DNA of 52,238 nt from a virus (lineage: Duplodnaviria; Caudoviricetes). Location: positions 1-52,238 of IMG/VR virus record IMGVR_UViG_3300028025_003938. One strand, written 5' to 3'. Shown piece after piece: positions 1 through 7,205 of the stretch (the stretch's first letter is position 1; the number at the start of each line of letters is the position of its first letter). Position numbers and translations under genes: made by a program. Under the pieces are notes generated by a model that worked only from the letters and a program-made list of their open reading frames with translations, was not told where the DNA came from and ran no database searches.

Positions 1-4
1 AATA

Positions 5-130
5 GAGAGCGCAGGGCAAGCCAGCGCCGACACCGGAGCCGACGCCCGCACCAATACCAGAACCGACACCAACGCCAGCGCCGACACCGGAACCTGTACC
101 GCCGCAGACTGGTCCGGTTTCTCCTCGTAA
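5..130. repeat. Terminal direct repeat (126 nt, identical to 52113-52238); assembly overlap indicating a circular or circularly permuted genome
   Basis: GAGAGCGCAGGGCAAG...GGTTTCTCCTCGTAA is identical at both ends; nt 1-4 do not match; the MuF reading frame is continuous across the join. Confidence 0.93.
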
Positions 131-2246
131 GCCCGGTGAATCCGACGCTGATTACGCACGACGACTTGAAACCAATCGCAAGAGCCGAGAGGCTAAAGCG
201 GCTGCGAGAGCACGGGCTCAAGGTAAACCAGCGCCAGCGCCCGAACCTGTAGCAGCGCCTCAACCAGCGCCAGCACCGACGCCTGCGCCAGCACCAGCGC
301 CAGCGCCAACGCCAACGCCAACGCCAGCGCCAGCAGGTCCGGTATCGCCTCGTAAAGTGGGAGAAAGCGACGCTGACTACGCACGACGTCTTGAAGTTAA
401 CCGTAAGAGTCGTGAAGCAAAAGCAGCAGCACGAGCCCGAGCACAAGGCAAAGTACCGCCAACACCTACAGCGTCGGCACCGATACCTGCACCAGCGCCA
501 GCACCTGCTCCGGCTGTAATTATTCCAGACTCGCCAATAGCAGGAACGAAAACGATTAAGCAATTAAACCGACGACGATTCAAGTCCACCGATAAAACCC
601 GAACCGCCGCGCTAGACGCAAGACAAAGCCAGAGAGCCGCAGCACTAGACGAGGTCGATGCGTTTATCGACGCAACGCATGTTCAAGCGGGACGTCAAAC
701 CGAGTTAGTAACTGAACTTAACGGCGCTCATCAAACAACAGGTGGATCGTTTGGTCAGAGACCTGACTTAGAGTATCGGGCAACTGCGCCGAACTTTCGT
801 GCTTCTTTGCAAGAGCGAATGGAATACAACGCATGGGCTTTGAGGTGGAACGCTGAAGCAAGAGACTTTGATAAGACTATTGGTTTCGTCAAAGTGTATG
901 AGCGTGGTGCAGCAATCGGTGAACAAATGGATTCTTACGCTCACGAGTTAGGTCACTGGTACGACGCTGGAGTAGCAAGAACAATAACCGGCAAAACGGA
1001 GCAACACTTCTTTACCGATCTCGTCGCAGAAAAAGTAAGAGCCGGCAAGCCACTCAACGCTGCTGAGCAAGCGATGGCGAATCTTCTTAAAGCAATGTCT
1101 GAATCAGACACGATCCAATACATGTCAAAGCGTCTCGCTACTGATCCAAAGTATCGTCGGTATTTCTTGTCACCAACAGAATCTTGGGCACGAGCGTACA
1201 GCCAATATATCGCTGAGGTGTCCGGCGATCCACGAATGTTGAAGGCGCTCAAAGGGCATCAACTTACTAGATACCAATGGGGCGACGAAGAGTTCGCAAT
1301 ACTTAGACCGTTGATTGAAGAATATCTGAAAGCGAACGGGCACTACGTCGGCAGAGCGATTCCGAAAGTAAGCGAAGAAGTAGTGACTGTCGTTTCTCGT
1401 CTTAGCGATGCTGACCGAAGACGCCTTATTCAACTTGATGAGCAAATTGCCGATCTGCAAAACGATCTAAGCGTTTACTTCCGCACACGAGAACGCTACT
1501 TAAAACTTCAACAACAAGACGGTGCTAATGCCTATTACGCAGACGCTTTAAGAAAACTTGATGAAGCAAACGCTGAGTTCGTTGAAGAACTTCAAGGCTA
1601 TGTTCAGTTTAGAGCCAAGAAAAGTCACGGCACATTCGAGGCGTTAGAAGACGACGATGTTTCTGGTCGCTGGAAGAAAGTCACTCAAGAGTTAGAAGAC
1701 TTTAAGGGTGGTGATGAAGGTCGTTCATTAGGTCTCAGTAATAAATACAAGATCAGCGAGCCAAATGATCGCAACGGTACTAAGTGGAAGAAGGCTCGTG
1801 ATCGTTACGTCGTAGCCGATACCCCAACTCTTGAAATGAATGCGGCGATGCGAGAAGGACCGCCACCATATCCGGCTGGTATTACTGCACGAATTAGAGA
1901 AGCAAACTTTTTGACTGAAGGCGTATTAGAGCAAGATACGATTCTTTATCGCAACATGGCGCTAACAGTAGAAGACATAGACAAGATCGAACCCGGTGCC
2001 GTTTGGGAAGCCAAAGGATTCCAGTCCACACAATTAGGTCAGCCGTCTCCTTATAACCGAACAGGGAAAAACGCTGGAACGATTCAAACTGAAGTTGTTA
2101 TTCGCGCACCAAAAGGAACTCACGCTGGCAACGTCGGTTATGGAGAAGTAATCTTAAGACCGGGAAAAATGAGAGTAGTGTCAAGAGAGTTCGTTGCTAA
2201 CGATCAGGGCGGCGTTCTCAAAGTAGTGATGGAGATTATTTCGTGA
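6..2246 (+). CDS. 3' part of the MuF minor head protein (gene starts at 50794): Pro/Ala linkers, basic repeats, zincin-like metallopeptidase, coiled coil, C-terminal ADP-ribosyltransferase
   Basis: Same frame as 50794-52238 through the overlap. HELGH (HExxH) plus YFLSPTESWARAY; ART motifs MNAAMR, LYR, GFQSTQ, YGEVILRPG. Confidence 0.85.
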   Translation, partial: RAQGKPAPTPEPTPAPIPEPTPTPAPTPEPVPPQTGPVSPRKPGESDADYARRLETNRKSREAKAAARARAQGKPAPAPEPVAAPQPAPAPTPAPAPAPAPTPTPTPAPAGPVSPRKVGESDADYARRLEVNRKSREAKAAARARAQGKVPPTPTASAPIPAPAPAPAPAVIIPDSPIAGTKTIKQLNRRRFKSTDKTRTAALDARQSQRAAALDEVDAFIDATHVQAGRQTELVTELNGAHQTTGGSFGQRPDLEYRATAPNFRASLQERMEYNAWALRWNAEARDFDKTIGFVKVYERGAAIGEQMDSYAHELGHWYDAGVARTITGKTEQHFFTDLVAEKVRAGKPLNAAEQAMANLLKAMSESDTIQYMSKRLATDPKYRRYFLSPTESWARAYSQYIAEVSGDPRMLKALKGHQLTRYQWGDEEFAILRPLIEEYLKANGHYVGRAIPKVSEEVVTVVSRLSDADRRRLIQLDEQIADLQNDLSVYFRTRERYLKLQQQDGANAYYADALRKLDEANAEFVEELQGYVQFRAKKSHGTFEALEDDDVSGRWKKVTQELEDFKGGDEGRSLGLSNKYKISEPNDRNGTKWKKARDRYVVADTPTLEMNAAMREGPPPYPAGITARIREANFLTEGVLEQDTILYRNMALTVEDIDKIEPGAVWEAKGFQSTQLGQPSPYNRTGKNAGTIQTEVVIRAPKGTHAGNVGYGEVILRPGKMRVVSREFVANDQGGVLKVVMEIIS

Positions 2247-2509
2247 GTGACAACTTCGTTTATGGAAGCGCAGAATATCTTAGAGAGGCACGGATAACCG
2301 GCGAGCCGATGACGCCTGTACCTCAAAAACAATTAGATAGAGAAGCGAAAGAAGCCGACGAAGAGCAACGGCGAATAAACGATCTTGAACGTTCTCCGTA
2401 CGCCGAAGGTTTGGAATACGATCTCGTTTTAGAGTTGGATCAAACTCAAAGAGAATACTCAATAGTTATCACGGACTTGTTCCCACTTACAGGCGATCAA
2501 AACGATTAG
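2243..2509 (+). CDS. Small acidic protein, candidate immunity or partner of the MuF toxin
   Basis: GTGA overlap with the MuF-ART stop; 88 aa, acidic; function inferred from position only. Confidence 0.6.
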   Translation: MSDNFVYGSAEYLREARITGEPMTPVPQKQLDREAKEADEEQRRINDLERSPYAEGLEYDLVLELDQTQREYSIVITDLFPLTGDQND

Positions 2510-2525
2510 CGAGTAACCTGTAGTT

Positions 2526-4376
2526 ATGGTTGCCGTTCCGTCGTTCATGTCTGCTAACGCTAAGCGAGGACTAAAACTTTTAGAGTACGCCGGCGACGGT
2601 CTCCAACCTAAAACAGTTAGAGAAGCACGAGCGATGGCAAGCGGCGACGTTACCGCCGAGAAGGTTCGTCGGATCGCTGCGTGGTTCGCCCGGCATATTG
2701 TTGATCTTGATTCCCCTAAAGCCGACGACTATTTGCAGGGTCGTTCCGAAAGACCGACACCGGGTCAGGTTGCTTGGTTGCTATGGGGTGGAGACCTCGG
2801 TAGCGCACAACGGCTCAGAGGACAGAAATGGGCTGAACGCAAGCGTGACCAGTTAATCGCTGAAGGCGAGTTATCAAAAGAGATCAGCAAAGAAATATCG
2901 GCGGCGGTTCGTGACGGCTTAAACAGGAAAGTCAAAGAACACAACGAAGCCGTCAACAATGCCAAAGGCAAACGAGTTACTTTCTCAATGCTTGAACAAG
3001 TCTTTGATCGTGGCGTCGGTGCGTATCGGACTAACCCGTCCAGCGTACGACCCTCAGTTACCGGACCGGAACAGTGGGCTTACGCACGAGTCAACGGATT
3101 CTTAAGTGCTGTTCGGACCGGCAAATACAAAAGCGGGAAGTTTGATACGGACCTGCTACCAGAGGGACACCCGCTGAAGAGCAATAACGAGAATAAGACC
3201 GCTAGCGCACCTGCTACTCTCACGAACATGATGTACATGAATGAGTCTTCTAAAGGTTCATACGAAATGGACGACGAAGCAGACCCGTTGCAACACTTGC
3301 TTGACGCTTACGGTGCGTCGGTCCGGTCAAATATGCCGAACCTAATGCCGCGCATTATGGAAGCAATTGAGATGATACGAGGAATGTATCAATCAACCGA
3401 AGCCATGATGCCGATGATGAAGAACGGCACGACTTACCACAATCCGGTGAAGTGTTTGCTCAATGCTTATAGCGGTTTAATTGACGTAGAAAATACAAAC
3501 AAAGTTCGTGCGCTGATCATGGAAATTATTCATGATGCAGAACAAATGATGTATGGAGAAGAGAATGAAGACGATTCTGAAGAGCCTGCTATGGGCAACG
3601 AAGATGGCGGCGGCATGGTCGTTGTTAATGACAACGCTGACAGTCGTCGTTCTGTATACCGAACTGTTCAACAGGAAGACGGTCAATACTGCGTCTACAG
3701 CGAAACAGGCAGAGCCTTCGGTTGCTACACATCGGATACGGAAGCACTCGCACGCCTCGCACAGATTGAACGGTTCTCAGCCGATAAGTTGGTATCGCCA
3801 ACGGTGAAGCAACTCGTTGACTGGCATAACGCAATGCACAAGCAAACGACGATTACGCCGGCGATGAAACTTGTTCACGATCTCATTGAAGATCAACTTG
3901 AATCACGAGGCCAATCACGGCCATATGAAATTACTTCTGACGAGAAACTAAGTTTGCTTGTTGATAAGAGTGCTGACGTCGTTACTAAAGCGAACGAGCA
4001 GCGTTATACGCTTGGACCTTGGTACGTTCCCGGTACCGAAGACGCTCACGGAGAGTTCACCGACAGCGAGACTCTTCAGAAAGCGTTATGGGAATGGGTA
4101 CGCAAAGGTGACCGAACGATCTATCTTCAACATTCGGCGAAGCCTGCCGGAGAGATGGTTGAGATCATGACTGTTCCGTTTCCGGTGGAAGCCAATTTGA
4201 CGGTGCCGAATCAGGGCGTAACTAAGTTTAAGTTTCCAGCCGAGACCCCGTTTATGGGAGTTGTCTGGGAGCCGTGGGCTTGGGAGATGGTCAAAGCCGG
4301 AACGCTGCGTGGATATTCAATCGGCGGTACCGCCAAACGAATGACCGTAGATATGCCAGAACTCGTCGTTGCCTGA
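2526..4376 (+). CDS. Multidomain head protein with C-terminal XkdF-like (peptidase S78-type) prohead protease
   Basis: C-terminal EQRYTLGPWYVP..DAHGEF..IYLQH..GEMVE..WEMVKAGTLRGYSIGG matches the XkdF pattern; N-terminal domains AWFARH/VAWLLWGG and RGVGAY..QWAYARVN are of unknown function. Confidence 0.8.
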   Translation: MVAVPSFMSANAKRGLKLLEYAGDGLQPKTVREARAMASGDVTAEKVRRIAAWFARHIVDLDSPKADDYLQGRSERPTPGQVAWLLWGGDLGSAQRLRGQKWAERKRDQLIAEGELSKEISKEISAAVRDGLNRKVKEHNEAVNNAKGKRVTFSMLEQVFDRGVGAYRTNPSSVRPSVTGPEQWAYARVNGFLSAVRTGKYKSGKFDTDLLPEGHPLKSNNENKTASAPATLTNMMYMNESSKGSYEMDDEADPLQHLLDAYGASVRSNMPNLMPRIMEAIEMIRGMYQSTEAMMPMMKNGTTYHNPVKCLLNAYSGLIDVENTNKVRALIMEIIHDAEQMMYGEENEDDSEEPAMGNEDGGGMVVVNDNADSRRSVYRTVQQEDGQYCVYSETGRAFGCYTSDTEALARLAQIERFSADKLVSPTVKQLVDWHNAMHKQTTITPAMKLVHDLIEDQLESRGQSRPYEITSDEKLSLLVDKSADVVTKANEQRYTLGPWYVPGTEDAHGEFTDSETLQKALWEWVRKGDRTIYLQHSAKPAGEMVEIMTVPFPVEANLTVPNQGVTKFKFPAETPFMGVVWEPWAWEMVKAGTLRGYSIGGTAKRMTVDMPELVVA

Positions 4377-4506
4377 CGCAACCACCGGGCACCAGAGCGT
4401 CTTAAAACTCGTTTTAACGGCTTCTATCCAGTTCGGCGGGTATTTCGTCGCTTGATTAAGTATCGGCAAACCGGGGAGATCCTGCGCTCAGACCCGGTGA
4501 ATAGGT

Positions 4507-4546
4507 TGGTCCTGTGACCCGAAAGGGGGTAAGAGCCACAGGACCA
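4507..4546. terminator. Stem-loop between convergent transcription units, probable terminator or structured RNA
   Basis: TGGTCCTGTG...CACAGGACCA 10-bp stem enclosing CCC-GAAA-GGG; lies just beyond the stop of the last island-A gene. Confidence 0.55.
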
Positions 4547-4557
4547 GAACCAGACTA

Positions 4558-5064
4558 TCAGAATTGCCTACCGCCTCGGCGATATCTAGCCTTCTGTTTT
4601 GACGATGCCCCGAAGAATATCCACGAGCCGTCGTAAGCCTCAACCGCCAAACAAAGACCGTCGGTCGAACTTCGCCAGTCAAGAATCGTTAACAGGCGAG
4701 GTATTCCGATGACGTCGGTTAACTGAGCCAAGCACTTCAACAAGTCGTTAGCGAAGTTCGTTTCCGATAAGAATCCAACGTGCTCAAAGTATTCAGTCAG
4801 ATACGCCTCACGATCAGGATATTCCTTTACGGCTTTATCCTGAAGAATATCTTCCGCAAGACTCAACGTCTTAAACAAGACGCTGTGATTCGGTACGAGA
4901 ATCCACGACGGTAATTCTTTGAGTTCTATGAATCCGGTTTTGTTATGAATCTCAGACTCGTAACCGCCGATGCCGTTCATTAACTTTGCTAATAGAACCG
5001 CATTTTCAAAAGCCTCTTGTGGTGTTGAACCTTCGCTTTGTTGCGTGAATCCGACGGCACCCAT
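4558..5064 (-). CDS. Hypothetical protein (island A)
   Basis: 168 aa ORF abutting the upstream gene in a coupled minus-strand operon. Confidence 0.75.
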   Translation of the reverse strand: MGAVGFTQQSEGSTPQEAFENAVLLAKLMNGIGGYESEIHNKTGFIELKELPSWILVPNHSVLFKTLSLAEDILQDKAVKEYPDREAYLTEYFEHVGFLSETNFANDLLKCLAQLTDVIGIPRLLTILDWRSSTDGLCLAVEAYDGSWIFFGASSKQKARYRRGGRQF

Positions 5065-5556
5065 TTAGTACCAGCAATCCGAGCCGTTAGCGAAGTCGGC
5101 GACGAACTTCAACCACCACGCAGCGTACAGCAAGTCCGTGATCGTATCGTCAACAAGTAACTCTTCTTCGTCGTTCCACTCTTTAAGAGTGTCAGTGATC
5201 AGGCTTGAAAGCGCATTGCAACGAGACGGGCTTTTATATGTTTCGTTTTCGTCGTTGCCGTAGAAACTGTCGTCCAAGATGCGTATCTGATCAAGGAGCA
5301 CATTCCCGTACTTACCCCGATACCAACAAGGCGCACCGAATATTCCGTACGTCTGACCACCGGTTAAACCGGACTTCTCATATTCACGAACATAGGGACA
5401 GCCACCGGATTCCGTCGTTGCTTCGCAGTCAATCCGCATTTCGTTTGTTCCGGTGTCGGTCAAGATCGGGTTGCCAGCCCGATCTTTTACGATCACCATC
5501 ACAGCCGTATTCTCACGCTTGCACGGATACTGATTCGGGATATTGTCCAGACCCAT
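5065..5556 (-). CDS. Hypothetical protein with MGLD N-terminus (island A)
   Basis: ATG at 5556 overlaps the upstream stop (TGATG); MGLD starts are common in phage hypotheticals. Confidence 0.75.
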   Translation of the reverse strand: MGLDNIPNQYPCKRENTAVMVIVKDRAGNPILTDTGTNEMRIDCEATTESGGCPYVREYEKSGLTGGQTYGIFGAPCWYRGKYGNVLLDQIRILDDSFYGNDENETYKSPSRCNALSSLITDTLKEWNDEEELLVDDTITDLLYAAWWLKFVADFANGSDCWY

Positions 5557-5915
5557 CAGATGTTCTCGCTTTCTTTTAACGCTGCGCTGATCGCTTGAGC
5601 GATTACCTGAGCCTGTGAACCACGCCCGTGACACTGAGCGTAATTATAGATTCCGTTTTCTCGTGCGAGCCATTCAAGAAACGAAAGGTTGTAAACGCCT
5701 GAGAGACTCTTAATTGGCGATCCGGTTTTCGTATCGAAGATCGTAGACTTTGAAGACGACGTATCAGACTTGAATGTTTGAACGAGTCCGGCTTTACGCA
5801 ATTCGTCTTCGCTGAAGTGTGGCGCATAGAAGTCTGGATTAAAGATCGTATGGCCGTCGCCGATAATCTTTCCGTCGGTGAGCGCTGCTCGTGTTTTGTC
5901 TTGGATCGTTTTCAT
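5556..5915 (-). CDS. Hypothetical protein (island A)
   Basis: ORF 5556-5969; the ATG at 5915 follows an A/C-rich leader, alternative start 5969. Confidence 0.7.
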   Translation of the reverse strand: MKTIQDKTRAALTDGKIIGDGHTIFNPDFYAPHFSEDELRKAGLVQTFKSDTSSSKSTIFDTKTGSPIKSLSGVYNLSFLEWLARENGIYNYAQCHGRGSQAQVIAQAISAALKESENI

Positions 5916-5971
5916 GTTGTTCCCACTTTTCTTGGTTGGTAGTTGAATTATTACTTTGATTGTTTCCATTT

Positions 5972-6577
5972 TCAGACCGATGCTTTCAAGTTGAGTAATG
6001 CTTCAAGTTGTTCAAACGAAAGCGTGATAGTGATTCCGGCGTGAGTATTCGTACGGTAGTGATCGTCGGTATTAACCACTGTGCGGGTATCTTCAGGAAG
6101 TCCGAGTGCTTTCAAAACTTGTTTCGCCACGACTCGTCCGGCTTTGCTCCGCTCGCTGTAATCGCTGGTCATCGGAATACCTAGAACACGACTCTTGAGA
6201 TCGTCTTTTTGAACTTGACTCATATGAACCTTGTGCTTCATGTTGCACATTCCTTCAACCGTTGAATAGGCATCTTCAAGACTGCTGATTGCGACAGTCT
6301 CAAGACTGTTTGCGTATCGGAAAGTATTCTTGGCAACATCAAAAGTTACGCCGTAAACTTTGGCGACGTTAACTTCTTTCATTTTCGTGCGTGCCGCCCG
6401 ATACGTTCCGGTAAACACTTGGGTCTCAGTCTTCGCTAACGACACGAGAACGAAATACTGTTCCGTTACACCGGGAATATATTTGCCGTCCTTGAGTCGT
6501 ACTAACGGGTAATCGCAAGTTTCGTCTTCGGCTTCTGCTGCTTTGTCTAAAAGGTTTTGGGCTTCTTTGATGTTCAT
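5972..6577 (-). CDS. Hypothetical protein (island A)
   Basis: 201 aa; leader CAAACAAACAACAGGAGAAAACC-ATG. Confidence 0.8.
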   Translation of the reverse strand: MNIKEAQNLLDKAAEAEDETCDYPLVRLKDGKYIPGVTEQYFVLVSLAKTETQVFTGTYRAARTKMKEVNVAKVYGVTFDVAKNTFRYANSLETVAISSLEDAYSTVEGMCNMKHKVHMSQVQKDDLKSRVLGIPMTSDYSERSKAGRVVAKQVLKALGLPEDTRTVVNTDDHYRTNTHAGITITLSFEQLEALLNLKASV

Positions 6578-6607
6578 GGTTTTCTCCTGTTGTTTGTTTG
6601 TTGGTTG

Positions 6608-6976
6608 TTAGAACTTGATTGCTGGTTGTGCTTTTCCTGAACCGTTGCAGGCGTAGCAAGTGCTTCCGGTAGCGATCCACTTATCGGCACGACCCGCACC
6701 GCCACAGCGCAAGCACTTGCCGTCGGACTTGAGTGCTTCACGCTTGATCTTCTTTTGCTTGGCTCGTGCTCGATCGCTGACGTCCATGATGACTTTCTCA
6801 ACTTCACGATAAGACATTTCGTTCAAGTCGGTGGTCCGACCGTTTGAAGCCTTGAGAAGAATCTTCTCGTACGTCGCTGGTCTGAGGTTCGCATCTTCAA
6901 GCCAACTTGGAATCCATTTGTTGATCCATTGTTGGCGAGTTTCTTCTTCGGGTGTGAGTGTCGTTGTTTCGTTCAT
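6608..6976 (-). CDS. Hypothetical protein with DnaJ-type CxxCxGxG zinc finger; first gene of island A, leaderless
   Basis: CLRCGGAG...CYACNGSG; -10 TACGAT lies 6 nt before the ATG. Confidence 0.8.
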   Translation of the reverse strand: MNETTTLTPEEETRQQWINKWIPSWLEDANLRPATYEKILLKASNGRTTDLNEMSYREVEKVIMDVSDRARAKQKKIKREALKSDGKCLRCGGAGRADKWIATGSTCYACNGSGKAQPAIKF

Positions 6977-7056
6977 GGTTTTATCGTAACCCGGTTAAAG
7001 GGTGGTTGTACACTCTTTCTTTAACTTTTCCCAAAATATGCCTCTGATCTCGTGTT
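6977..7056 (-). promoter_or_regulatory. Promoter cassette copy A (drives island A)
   Basis: Minus strand: AACACGAGATCAG-N4-ATATTTTGG...TGTACA-N18-TACGAT-N6-ATG; homologous to copies B, C, D. Confidence 0.85.
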
Positions 7057-7205
7057 TTGCCCGAAAAGCCGTACCGGAATAAGGCAGATATCCGGCGAAA
7101 GTCACACCGGGTTGACGACGATCGGACGAGTTATTACAAGCCAAACCGGATCCGGTGAAGTATCTTCAAAGCGGAAGTGCGCAGCGTCGCCCGATGGGAG
7201 AAACG

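Noticed and set aside
5-130. Biological terminal repeat (T7-like) or att site
   Set aside because: The length is close to a common assembler k-mer and it lies mid-gene with an unbroken frame, so an assembly overlap explains it better
357-2246. Stand-alone 629 aa gene starting at GTG 357
   Set aside because: The frame is open upstream through the join to ATG 50794, and 357 lies inside the third peptide repeat
4501-4560. Hammerhead or other self-cleaving ribozyme
   Set aside because: GAAA is present but there is no CUGANGA core with matching stems on either strand
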